Source: Leucoraja ocellata
Taxonomy: Eukaryota
Assembly: GCA_036785375.1 (NCBI GenBank)
Contig: JAWMAR010000131.1
Coordinates: forward strand, 1,984,001 to 2,048,000
Reading direction: 5' to 3'
DNA: 64,000 nt
The notes beneath the pieces were generated by a model. It made no database searches and had not been told where the DNA came from. It was given only the letters and a program-made list of their open reading frames with translations. Both the position numbers and the translations under genes were made by a program. Position 1 is the stretch's first letter, and each line of letters starts with the position of its first letter. Positions 13,580-26,515 of this stretch are shown piece by piece.

Positions 13580-14400
13580 CTGTGACTGCACGCTGAGCAG
13601 ATGGAGGCGCCAGATGCCCTAGTCCCGCACCTGCGCAGTGGCGCGCCCCTGCCAGCAACCTAATGGGCGGTCGAGAGGTGTAGCGCCCCCTCCTGGACAT
13701 CCGGGGAGTCTCGTCTGCACAATCCTCGCGAGAATACAGCCGGGGGGGTGGGGGGAGGTGTGGTAGTTTATGCAACATAAACCATTCCTATTCTTCCACC
13801 AACACCACTCTTGTTAACTACTTATTGGGCAGAAATAAGACCATTAATAGTGGGCAACCACCTCTTAGTTTGGAAGAATTGCCCTGAAAGTAGTGCTGCT
13901 CAAACTCTGCTCTCTATTGGACAATAGTCCCCTATGCAAATAAGGCGCCCGCGTCACTTCCGTTCTTTCTCGGCCGCCATTTTGAGCAGCGGAGGCTCAG
14001 TGAATTATTGTCCGAGTGAGATTGAATTTTCGCCCCCCTCTTTTACCCCCCCTTTGCGGCCCAGCGCCTCAGAAAGTTATCGGTCCGGGGAGAAAAAAAA
14101 AGTTCGCTCGGTCGGGTTTGAGGCTTTGTTGTTTTTTTGGGGGGGAGGAAAGGGAAAATTGCGGGGAGCCGCTTGTCCGGCGGCGCTCAGTTGTCTTTTT
14201 TTCCCCCTCCTCTCCTCCTCCTCCTCTTCTTTTGCCACTCACTAAACAGCTCCCTCTTTCAGTGAGCGCTGGAAGCTCGGCCGCTCGGGGGTTGATGTGA
14301 GGAGATTGAAGCGGCAGCAGGAGGAGGAGGCCCTTTGTTTGCGGCTCGCGTTCTTCTCACTGCTGCCGGCCCCGGCTCGCGCTTTAACTGAACAATTAAA
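13580..14400 (+). promoter_or_regulatory. CpG island / ADNP promoter
   Basis: The only non-repeat GC/CpG-rich stretch upstream of ADNP. Dense cluster of ATTGG (reverse CCAAT), octamer ATGCAAAT 13934-13941, CGTCA, ETS CACTTCCG 13955-13962 and YY1 GGCCGCCATTTTG 13972-13984. Confidence 0.8.
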
Positions 14401-14441
14401 ACAAAATAATCAGAGCAAACAAAACACCCCCAAAAAACAAG
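13960..14441 (+). other. ADNP: Probable non-coding first exon of ADNP (start approximate)
   Basis: Follows the ETS/YY1 initiation-type motifs and ends in a donor CAAG|GTGAGA at 14441/14442; a second possible donor TAAG|GTAACA lies at 14652/14653. Confidence 0.5.
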
Positions 14442-17423
14442 GTGAGAACATTTATATTTCTTCTAACAAGTTATTATGACTGAGATTTTTTTTCGTGCAC
14501 ACAAATAGTCCAAAAAAAAATCCAGGACCTGTTTTTTTCCTTCTTCTTTTGCACTGGGTTGTCGTTTAAAAAAAAAATAACAGTGTGCGATGCATGCAAG
14601 TAGTTTATCTCTAGCAATTGACACTTTATGGACAAAGATGAATCGACCTAAGGTAACAGATTCAGCAGTAACGATTGTTTTATCCTGTTTGTATGTTGCC
14701 TATTCGCATGATATAAAAAATCACATTAACACCCGATTAATTTGCGAAATGCACCCATTTGTGAGCCGGCATCAGTCATACTAATCAATAATTTATAATT
14801 GTCAATCATTTGTGTGTGTTTACTGTACTTCAAAGTTAGGTGGGGATTCGGATATTAGTATAATTTACCATGCATTGATTTGATGCATATATGATAGGTC
14901 AAGGCAACCAATCGATGTTAGTGTTGCTTTTCCTAAGCGTGGATTACAATATCACCCAAAAGTGTTTCTCAAAACTGGACGGCCAAGGTTTTTTTCAAAA
15001 GAAGCTCCCCTGTTCAGAGGTTGTTTGATCTATGGGTGCATTAGTTCAGTTAATTTCGAGCTCCCTCAAAATCAGCTCTGTCCTGGACAACTGAAATATA
15101 ACACAGTAATTGTAACCGGTTAATCTGTGTGAGGCATCAGTCGTGAATCTGATCGAACATTTGTTTACACATTTGCTCAATACCTTTTCTAGTGCTCCAT
15201 GGTCTTTAGACAGCATGTTCAACCAATCCAGACAGCAAGGAACGCCCTAGACAGAAGACGGGGTGGATGGAAACTGTGATTTAATTTATTTGTTAATTTA
15301 CATATAAGTATTCACGTGAGTTCACTCGGTGACAGTTCTGCATATTTTATGATGCTGATAATATTTAGGGATGGAATAAGTTGACGATGATAATGTTAAA
15401 ATGTGCACCTCTGGACTGGTTGCCGGCTGTGACGTTGCTGTAAAATGGCGCGAGTACTGCTCCACTGCAGACATGAATAGATTCAGGGATCCCCAGTTTT
15501 GTAATTGCTTAAGTAGAAATGTTTAGCACGTGTTCTTTGGAGAAAACGTATCGTGATCCAACCGTTATCAGGTTCAAAATGTTGCAACGTATATAACCGG
15601 CTTTCAGGAAAAGGCATTTAGAACTGTTGTGCATCAAATAAAATAGTTCATTAAAAAAATTATTGTTGCATTCAAATCCATTTCGGTTGTAGTGTTTTCT
15701 GGATAATCTGATGGCAAACCAATTTTCCTTTCTTGCGTGCACAGCCGCCCCCACCCATATTGTAATGCAACCATGCAGAAAATGAAAATCAATACTGGGT
15801 GCAGCAGGAGGCGCTCTCCAGAAGCTGGTTTGGAGGCTCCAGATGCAGGATGAGGAGTTTTTGGTGAAATAAATGCGGTGAGGGGAAAGGGCGGACGCTC
15901 CCAATACAGCGCCACCTGTAGCTTAATGGTGACTGAACATTGGGTTACATATAAAGCACATTCTTGCAAGAATGCAGTTAATCCAGTAAAACATCACCAG
16001 ATATGTTTTCAGGAAAACATAGTAATTTGCTTAAGATCCAGCTCCATATTGATTGTGTCCATAATTACTGACCCTGTCTTTGTATAACCAGATCCATTTG
16101 ATGACTACTAATGCAAGGCAAAATACGCATGAGTTTCTTTTGATGTTAAAGAATAACTGAACAGTTTTTGGTTGACTCCGTTTTTTGGGTCAACTCATTC
16201 AAGGCATTGGTTCTAGATTCCCCCCCCCCCCCCCCCCCCTTGACTAATTAAAGGATAATCGTTTAAGTTGGTTGTTTCAAAATATGTTTTTGGCTTACAA
16301 ATTCATTGATGTAGTAAGACATCGGTGTAACCAAACGTGTTTTGATTTACGAAGAAATTATCTTTCAAATGTGTACGGATAAAAAAAATTGATAGCACCT
16401 TATTACTGCCATTTATCATTAGGTTAGGAGATGTGTACAATTTATCAACGAATCTTGTAGTTTCAGGTAACTTTGGTTATCTAAATTTTGAACTATTCTG
16501 TTTCTCAGGATTTTGTCCCCAACTATTTTTTGTTACTATATGGTTCAAAATGGCGCACGGTACCATTATTTTAAAAAAATCTGCAGGATATGTCATGTAA
16601 TGCATGTGATTTAATAAACGGCAGAGTAAGATGAGAACTTTTCAAATCTTGAATATTATATCATTTTTAATATTACACGTTGCTATGGCTGTAGGTTACA
16701 CAAATGGGATACACTGTTTACAAAATCGGTGGACAATTCTAATTGTTTTTTTACATTTCGCCATTGGTTCCTTTGGCAAGTAAATGTTTAGAAAGTGTGT
16801 ATTTGTTTAGTCCATGTTATGGTGTAGCTGGATACCATTTCTCTCCAGTTCAATTGTTTTCCATGGTTATGTCCATGATTTTTCTCCCAACTCTTTACAG
16901 TACATATTAACAGTGATGTTTTTTTTGGCATGAGGAATGTCTTCATGGCTTACTTAAATTCATTGTACATTTCTATTTCTTTACAAGAAATCTTACTTTT
17001 TTGCCTTTGTGGCTTAGGCTAAGGTTTACAAGCTTGGCTGGGTTATAGTACCTCTGCCAAATGGGTAATGAACTTGGTTAGGAAATTCAAAATCTAGTAA
17101 CTTGCAAAGTTTCTACTTAGCGGCATCTGATGCAGTTTTCATGTACCTTCCCATTGAGATGACTGAAAGTGTTGAAGAGTAGGAACTCCACCCCCTCTAC
17201 CATCAGAATGGGTGGCTTCCTTAATGCTTGATGGAGAATAGCTAACTAATCATGTATTTGCAATCAAACCAAAGATGTCAGTTGTCTACATATGGATACC
17301 TCAATCGCATTATGCCATCTGAACCATTGTGTTGGCTGAAGGGCTCATTTTAAAATTATATTAAGCATTAATTTTAACTATTGGTCTGCTGGTGGCTCCA
17401 GGGATTTGCGAGGAACCTTATTA

Positions 17424-17722
17424 CACGAGGTCACAGTTTAAGGATAAGGGGGGAATCTTTTAGGACCGAGATGAGGAAAACATTTTTTGCACAGAGTGGT
17501 GAATCTCTGGGATTCTCTGCCATAGAAGGTAGTTGAGGCCAGCTCATTGGCTATATTTAAGAGGGAGTTAGATGTGGCCCTTGTGGCTAAAGGGGTCAGG
17601 GGGTATGGAGAGAAGGCAGGTACAGGATACTGAGTTGGATGATCAGCCATGATCATATTGAATGGCGGTGCAGGCTCGAAGGGCCGAATGGCCTACTCCT
17701 GCATCTATTTTCTATGTTTCTA
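17424..17722 (+). mobile_element. CR1 LINE 3' end (relatively young)
   Basis: RGHSLRIRG-like coding end, then 3' UTR gaatggcggtgcaggctcgaagggccgaatggcctactcctg and a (tttctatg)n tail. Confidence 0.85.
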
Positions 17723-20700
17723 TTACTTTGTTTCTAAATTTTACTTTTTGCAGAAAAAATATTTATTAATAAAATAAAACTCAGTACTGTTAGGTAAATT
17801 TGATGCTAAATCGTTTTCTTAATTCTTCCCCTAATTACCTTTATTTCTATTTAATACGTTTTTTTAATTTTGGTTTAAAACACTGCAGGATTTTTGAGAG
17901 GTGTTACGGTTGACAACTTTTTAATGACAACTGTCTGAAGTGCCAGGTCAAAACAAAAAACATGGATAACCATTCAGCATTAATTGGATGTTGCCAGAGA
18001 AGTAATATGGTTGACACTTGAGAATTTCAACTATTGAATGCAGATATGTCCTTGACAGTGAAATTTCACCCTGACTGGAGTTCATTGTTAGTATTCCAAG
18101 GAGTGTACAAATGTTCATAATCGGAAAATATTTATGACCTCATCTCTTCTAAATACCAAAATTAATTTATCGTGTGACTTCTAAATTTCCCGTTACATTT
18201 TTCTAGCCATTATCTTGGATTTAGATAAAGACATGGATTAGATTTATCTTGTGTGCTATGCTTTTGATGTTTACCTGACTGAATTGCGGCAATCATTTGA
18301 AAATGATACATCTTAAAATGAGACGTCTTGGTTCTTTTACATGCCAGGCATGATTACTGTAATATTTCCATTTATTCTTGGCAATAGAAAATATAGTACT
18401 TTTAACTTGTGTAGATGCATCTGAGTTTTTACAAATCTGATTAGAACAACGTTGGCAAGGGTCAATATAATCATTTGGGGTTGTTCCCTTGTAGAATAAT
18501 TATTCCAGGATTATTTGGTTTATTATACTGGCAATACTCTTCACAGGTAGAGGCTTTGCTTCTTTGTAAATCTTAAAATTATTTAATGTAATAAAAGTCA
18601 TGGCAACTAATATGTTGACTGCTTTTGTGAATGCAGGGAAAATATAGATGAACTGCATAATTGACAGCTGTTTGGCAACTGGTAGTCTTTATCATTAAGT
18701 TTGTTAGAATTTAAGTCAAAGACAGTGAAAGCTTGTACATTATATACTTAACGTGGCATTTATTCTGTATAGATAGTGAATGCTACTGCCATTTATATTT
18801 AAACAAAGTAAATTCTTCAACTTCATAGGGAGAAATTTGTTTTTTTCTTTGTTTTAAATGTCTAAAGATTCAATTGCGCATTTGGAGAGAAGCATTGCCT
18901 GAACTTGGAAAGTAATTTTCATATCGTGAGAGGTGCTTAAAGCATATTAATTCCTAGAGATGTTGAAGATTTCACGAATGGCTTGATGGTCTATATAACG
19001 AATCACTAAGACGTAAATGCTAAGAAACACAATTTTAATAACCTGAATCTGCCAAGTGATGTTTTCAATAATTTACGTCTCTATTTTGTTCCCTGCTGTA
19101 TACCTTGAGGAATTTAAAAGTTGTCCTACTTGCTTTAGTTAGATGAATGAAGATATTTGGTCAAGTTCCTGATGTGCATTTACCAGCTGTATGTGTGCAT
19201 GTACAACAAAAAATAGATTATCTTTAGAAAATGTTTCTGCTTGAATCACTAAATCCTAAAGGAAAATGACAAAAAAAAGATCTTTGAGGTTAAAATCACC
19301 CTTTGCTCTCATGTTCCTGTGCTTTATTTCCCGATGATCAACGGTCATGTTTCAATGGTTTCTTTAATGTCACATGTACCAGGTACATTGAAATACATTT
19401 TTTGTCATGGTGCCAAAGGATAATTTTGAAGAACCCTTTAGTTTTTCCTTAACTAATCCTTTTGAGTAGAAACTGCAGTTAATTGGTGCGCCCTTGAAGA
19501 AGAAAGGATGTTAGGAACTCACAATGATATCAGATGGTTTAGCTATGTGTCGTTAGAAGTGTCAACGGTAATATTTGCTGAAATAAATAGTACATGGTAT
19601 GCATTGTGAATCTTCTAAAATTGCATATATTTAAGAACATTTAATTGCAGGGTAGGTAGTTGGGCTGCAGTGTCAAACATTTGGAAATAGTCCAGTAGTT
19701 CAAACCCTCGGCCCAATCATCTTTCATTACTTGATATGAATTTATTAAGAGGGATTGTTTTTGAACTTCTCTGAACTGAAAATATCACTTTAGCCACATA
19801 TCGGGTGCACATTGGTCAGTTGGAGGTGCGTGGTGCTTTAGAGTAGGGATTAAAACAAACTATTGATTACTTTTGAGTTTGTCGCTGCTGCACTGTAGGA
19901 ATTTACTATTTTGAACTTGCATAGGGGTATGATTAGATTTATAAAATAGAATCTGAAAACTAACAACATGGAAGGAAATGTTGGCTCATTGTCGCTTTCC
20001 TGCCTAGTTCCACCTTTCAGAATTGACTCATTACTCGTGTAACTGCAGCTCTTTGGGTATCCAAGCATTTGTTAATCACGATGATCACCACCCTTGCAGA
20101 GAAATAATTTAAGCCCAAACAGACTTTGAGGTTTTTTTCCCCCTCCCAATATTTATTCCCCCATGGCTTTAAATTGCTGTACTAAGGTAAATGGGTCCTT
20201 TTGATTTGCCTGATCTGTACCATCATAATTATATATATCTCAATGAAATCTCTGGTCATCTTCTAACAAACAATCCCAAATTATCTAATCATTCCTCGTA
20301 GCTAAAACTTTCGAAAACCTGACTCTGTATTTGAGTTTCATCTGCACCTTGTGCGTTCTTATCTTTGCTGTATGTGATCAGAACTGTAGACTGTATTTAA
20401 AGCTGTGGCCCAAGGAAAGTTGTATATAGTTCTAGCGTAACCTCGCTGCTTTATATTCTATGCCTCTGTTAGTGAAGAAAAACATCACTTGTGCATTTTT
20501 CACTGCATCAGTAACCTCTTTTGCTACCTTTGCAGATCTGTGGATGTAAGTTCCAAGATTCCGCGTGTTTCATAACACCATTTTGTTCTCTCATTTATGT
20601 TTTTTTCCCTTGCCTTGTGTTCCCAAATACCTTAAATTACACTTCTATGGATTACATTTCCTTTGCCACCTTACTACTCAATATCTTCCAGCAGTCTAAA

Positions 20701-23700
20701 AAGCTCCTCATTGATGTCAAAGGTCTAGCTTTCATTCGTGATCCCTACATCTAAGTGTAAATTGGTATACATTTCGAAATGTATACCAATTTTAAGTTTT
20801 TTTGATAACAAAAATTCAATAATAAAGACTCGGGTTTGGAAATACTTTTTATATAAAAGTAGCTTATTTTCTTAGACATGGCAAATCTGAGACTTTAAGC
20901 TACAGATTTAATTATAAGGCCATATAGTTTTTAATTACATTTTTAACCAATAATGGATACATAAATATGAAAATCCATGTACTATGTATGCATACCTAGA
21001 ATTTTCATTTCTACTTGTGAAGAATGACTGCAGTATTTGATTTTCGTTAACCTTTGGCAGAGGTGTACGTGAGAAAGAGCTGGTTTATAATTCATGTGTA
21101 TGATTATTTTAAATTAATTGTTGAATTTTGCTATTGAGCTTGGCCTATATCCAAATTCTTTTTTGCAAATTGGATTAGTGAGCTTCTGCTTTGCAGACAA
21201 ATTAGAAGTTGACTTTTGACCAGATACCTGGAAAAGGAAGCTTGAGTGAAAGAAGTCGAGTGGAACTGGAACTTCAAAGCCACTGGGCAAATCATAAGCA
21301 ACAAAATGAATTGCAGGGATCAAAAAGTGCAAACTTCCTGGGTAATAGTTAAACATAATAGTCTGGTGCACAACTTTTGCGGACTAGATTGATGACCCGA
21401 ATGCTCATGTACAAGAATGTATTAACACATTTATTTACACTTGCTGGTTAGATTGCAAACACACCATTAATGGATTCCTTTTTTTTTTTTTTTAATACTG
21501 CCAATCTGGGAGAATCATATGTATAAACTCATCACCCAGAAGACTCAATAGCCAAACAAAGGCTTAGAAATCCTTGAATGCGCAATTGAAACAAAACCTG
21601 CTATAGCCCAGATTAAAATTGCACATGTTACTCAATGTTGCCCATGTTCTGACATTTAAATGTTGTAGTATCTGCCTCAACTATTTCTGGCAGCTCTTTC
21701 CATATACCCACCACTGTCTGTGTGGAAAAAGTTGCCCCTCGGGTTCCTATTTAAAAAAAAATAAGGAAAAATACATAATTAAGAAGCAATGAGAAAATGC
21801 CAGGGAAATGTGATGGCATGTGCCCTCTTTCAATACCTACACTTTTGGGAGCCAAATGCTCCCCAATTGCTTCTATCAAAAATAGATTGTCAGTTTTCTC
21901 CTGAATTTTGCAATGCAACGATGTCATAATATTTTAAATTTAATTCTCATACAATTTTTCAATGCCAATACATTGTGATATAAATAGGAAATAGACAAGA
22001 AGTCTCCATCCATGCCATTCTGAGGAGAATCCACTCCTGACAAAGTGCATGCTGGCTACCCCAACAATATTTCATTTTTGTTTATAGAACATACAAATTG
22101 AGAGAAAATAAGTTTTATCACAATCATTGATAATTCGGGAGGAATTATATGGAGTTGAACGAACTACATATGTTTCTTGGTCACTGGAGCAACTAAAAGA
22201 TGTAGAGCTCAATGATCTGGAATGGTTTTAGTGCTTTCAGCTACCTTTATAAATGTGGCTATGAGATAGTGGTTGGCTGGTTTAATTATAAGATATGCTT
22301 TGTCTATTGTAAGTGGTGGTCAGATCTTTTAAATGAACAGTTGCAATTTAGTTTATTAGGAGCATTTAAAGTTCAGCATACATGTAGAAAGTAGCTGAGC
22401 TAATGATAAGGACCTTGTATCTATCTGGTGCTTGTGGCTTGTTAAAAACTCCAGAGAGCTGGGAAGATGGATGAGACCTATGGGTAGGATATTGAACACC
22501 ACTTGCAAAAACCCACCCTTTAGATTTACTGAAACATAAGAAATTGTGATCTATCTCGTTTAATTAACCAAAATATGATTTGGTAAACATTTAATGTGCC
22601 TGATGCACATTGTTCTTTCAGTAAAGTAGATTTGAACAATAAAGTGATTAAAATGGACAAATGTCTCTTGTCACTCTGCTCACTATATTTTCATTTAGTG
22701 GCTATATTCAGCAGGTCATAAAGCAGATATTCGGAAGAAAATTAAACATAGAGGAAATTAACTTGATATGAAGTTTCCCTATTAGTAAGGAATATTAACT
22801 TTTGCTTGTATATAGTTATTATTTTTATGATTAATATTTAATTATCCATTTAGAGATCCATATATTTAATTTGTATAAATTTTACAGTGGTTGTAATTAA
22901 AGCAAGTCGGGAAGTGAATAATCTTCCTATAATTGCCCATTGACTGCAAAGAAACTTTGTATTATTGATAATGATAAAGGACCAAATTTACGTGTTATTG
23001 CCTAATTTAAAGTAGATTATTTAAAATTGAGAATATTTTATCATTTATAAATGCATTATCATGGTTTTGATGTGTTTGTATTGGTTTATTGTCATTTATA
23101 CCATGATACAATGAACAGCTCTGTTTGCTTAATATCCAGTCAATTCATACTATACATGAGTACAATTAAGCTACACACTAACACAATGGGTAATACAAAG
23201 AGAAAAATACAAGTGCAGAATTTGTGACAGCATTATAATATTATAGTTGCAAAGAAAATGCAAGGGTTGCATTGAGGTAGGTTGAAAGATTAGCATCTGT
23301 TTACGGTCGGACTGTTCAGTAGTTTGATGACAATAGGGATTTGTAAGGAATGGGGGAGAAGAAGAGGAGGAATTGACAATGTTTTGGGATGGGCCCTTTT
23401 TTAGGACTAAGGGTGGTATAAAGAGGGAAGCAGTGATAAGATGTTCACCAGTGGGTGAACCGACGAAGGGTGAGGGATGATGGGCAGCTGGGGGAGGAGG
23501 AGGATGTGGTATTTTGAGGAAGAGGCAGGTGGATGATAGATGGAGTCAGCCAATAAAGGCAGGTGATGATGATTCCTCAAACAACTGCTGGAGGGTTATA
23601 GGCAAGTATGCATAGGCTGACAATGCTATGATGTGATAAGTAAGGAAGGTGATAAGGAAACCACTAGGAGAGAGGTGAAGGGCAAGGGGAACCAGACTTT

Positions 23701-23857
23701 TGTGGGGGAATGGGGACCCATAATAATGATGAAACGGGCTAGGAAAATTGGAATTTATCAAAATGATGGACGGCAAGTGAGATGACATATATGGGTGGGA
23801 AGTGTTTGGACAAGAAGAGAAATGATAGCGTTAAGGTAAAAGAAGACGGGTTCTGAG

Positions 23858-24772
23858 CTTTGTGACACCCCACTAGTTATTGCCTGCCATTCTGAAAAGG
23901 ACCCGTTAATTCCTACTCTTTGCTTCCTGTCTGCCAACCGGTTTTCTATCCATGTCAATATAGTACTCTGAATACCATGTGCTCTGATTTTGCACACTAA
24001 TCCCTTGTGTGGAACCTTGCTAAAGGCTTTCTGAAAGTCCAGGTGCATGCCATCCACTGGCTTTCCCTTATCCATTCTACTTGTTACATCCTCAAAAAAT
24101 TCAAGTAGATTAGTCAAGCATGATTTGCCCTTCATAAATCCATGCTGATTTTGACTGATCCTGTGGTAGACAAACATGCTGGAGAAACTCAGTGGGTGAG
24201 GCAGCATCCATGGAGCGAAGGAATAGGTGATGTTTCGGACGGAGACCCTTCTGATCCTGTCACTGCTTTCCAAATGCTCTGCTATAACATCTTTAATAAT
24301 CGATTCAAGTATCTTCCCCACTACCGATGTAAGGCTAACTGGTCTATAATTCCATGTTTTCTCTCCTTTCTTAACAAATGGAGTTACATTGGCTACCCTC
24401 CAGTCCACAGGAACTGATCCAGCGTCGAGAGAACATTGGAAAATGATCACCAATGCATCCACAATTTCTAGGGCCACCTCCTTAGGTATTCTGGAATGCA
24501 GACCATCAGGCCCTGGGGATTTATCTGCCTTCAATCCCAACAGTTTACCCAACACCATTTCCTGACTAATGTGGATTCCCTTCAGTTCATCCCTCCCACT
24601 AGATACCCAGTCCACTAGTATTTCTGGGAGATTGTTTGTCTTCCTTAGTGAAGACAGAACCAAAGTACTCGTTTAACTGTTCTGCCATTTCCTTGTTTCC
24701 CATTATAAATTCACCTGTAAGGGACCTACATTTGTTTTCACTAATCTTTTCCTTTTTACATATTTAAAGAAA
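23858..24772 (-). mobile_element. CR1 LINE ORF2 (reverse transcriptase) fragment, interrupted by an 86-bp insertion
   Basis: ORF 23758-24663 contains KSPGPDG, DWRVANVTP, NYRPVSLTSVVGKILE, QHGFMKGKSCLTNLLEFFE, LDFQKAF and WIENRLADRKQRV. Confidence 0.92.
24165..24250 (-). mobile_element. Penelope-type short repeat inserted in CR1 with a 10-bp target-site duplication
   Basis: CTGATCCTGT at 24155-24164 and 24251-24260 flanks family sequence gtagacaaacatgctggagaaactcag...gacccttc. Confidence 0.85.
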
Positions 24773-24967
24773 TGTAGCAGATAGCAATTTGTTTTAATTT
24801 GTTTGCTGGGAACAAAAGCATCAATTTATTTTACAAATGTGGGAAAATGTTTGGGTACTTTGCAGGGACACTGCAAATGTGCTAAATCAAAGAGATGGGA
24901 GAACTGAACTAAAGGGTTTATTAAAGTTACAAGCTTTAAGAAATGGCAAAAAGATGTTGATGTGTGG

Positions 24968-25062
24968 TAAAGAACTGCAGATGCTGGTTTAAATTAAGGT
25001 AGTCGCAAAATGCTGGAGTAACTCAGCGGGTCAGGCAGCATCTCTGGAGCGAAGGAATGGGA
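24968..25062 (-). mobile_element. Penelope-type short repeat, truncated
   Basis: gaactgcagatgctgg...aaaatgctggagtaactcagcgggtcaggcagcatctctggag. Confidence 0.7.
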
Positions 25063-26388
25063 TTTTGGATTAAAGCTGGCTAATTAAGAAAGGGATGATG
25101 GGGTGGTGAAGAAAATGGAACAAAAATAGTTAAAACTTGGAACACAATACATTTGAAGAGTTGCGGTTGGTGGTGTGTTGATATGACACAAGGCTCAATG
25201 TCACACGACCTTAAATGGAATTAGGTTATAGGTAATGAACTATAAAATGTTATTAACTGGTAATTTGAGGCAGAGGTGGGAGGAGAGTGTTTTTCTACCA
25301 GGATGGAAGTAAAAAAGGATAACATTTCACAATTGTGGTTCAAGGTTAAGGGACAGTCTGGTTAATACCAAGATGGTGACTGGAAATGGGTAGAGTCAGT
25401 TGGTAGGGATTTGTGAAAATACCCAAAGCCTGTTACTTTGATCCTCCTATATAGCTGGAAAAATTAATTTTTCATAAAGGCTGGCAGTTGAAGATTTGGA
25501 AGGTCGTTTAAACGTTGAAGATGTATAACTGAAATAAAAATTGCCAATTATTTGAAGTTTTGACAGGTTAGGCAACATCTTTGAGGGGAATGGAGTTAAT
25601 TTTTTCAGTCAATCTTTTGCAATTGCAAAACGTAACAGAGCACAGTGAACAAAATAGAAGATCCATAATAAGATAAACATTACAATGCTGGAAATATGAT
25701 TTGCAAGACAAGAACTGCTGATTACTTGCATCAGGAAGGCAGTGACATATCTAATCAAAAGAAGGGTAACTGTTCTCTGAGCTCATGTAGAGCTTCATTA
25801 GAACAAGGAGTTGTAAGCAGGAGGTCTGTATGGGAGTGATATGAAACATGGGGTCAACTTGCTGAATTAAAAGGAGGTCTTCTGCAAAATGGTCAGCCAG
25901 TCTGCTTTTTGGTTTCTTCATTGGAGCATGATGGCCATTTAAAAAAACATACTAAAATGGCAGATGTACAAGTAAATTGCTGCTTCGACAGGATGATGGT
26001 GGGATCCCATAAACTTAAAAGCACATCTCTATCAGTTGTTTGGGAAGACGATACAGTTGTGTGGCCAATAATGTTGCAAAGGAAAATAATTGAAGGAGAA
26101 AAGTGAAGAGAGTATCAAAAAAGGATCACTGAGGCAATCTGAAGATAGAATAAAACAGCACTTTGGCACAAACAATATATGTGCTGAGCATGATGTCAAT
26201 TTAAACTCTGCCCACATCCTTCCATTCCCTGGATATTAATGTGTGTATCTAAAATGCCACTGTCATATATGCTTCCTCCACCATCTCTGGTGGTGCACTT
26301 CAGGCACCCACCACTCTGTGTGTAAAAAAATAAATAAAATAAATTTAAAAAAAAACTTGCCCCACGCGTCTCCTTTAAATTTATGTTC

Positions 26389-26515
26389 AAGAAGGAACTG
26401 CAGATGCTGGAAAATCGAAGGTAGACAAAAATGTTGGAGAAACTCAGCGGGTGTGGCAGCATCTGTGGACCGAAGGAAATGGGCAATGTTTCAGGCCGAA
26501 ACCCTTCTTCAGACT
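26389..26515 (-). mobile_element. Penelope-type short repeat with hammerhead motif, nested in a CR1-like fragment (about 26170-26900)
   Basis: The minus strand reads AGT-CTGAAGA-A-GGGTTTCGGCCT-GAAAC-ATT, followed by the family body. Confidence 0.7.

Noticed and set aside
13331-14479. Overlapping ORFs in the CpG island
   Set aside because: Expected from stop-codon scarcity in GC-rich and repeat DNA; no recognisable protein motifs.
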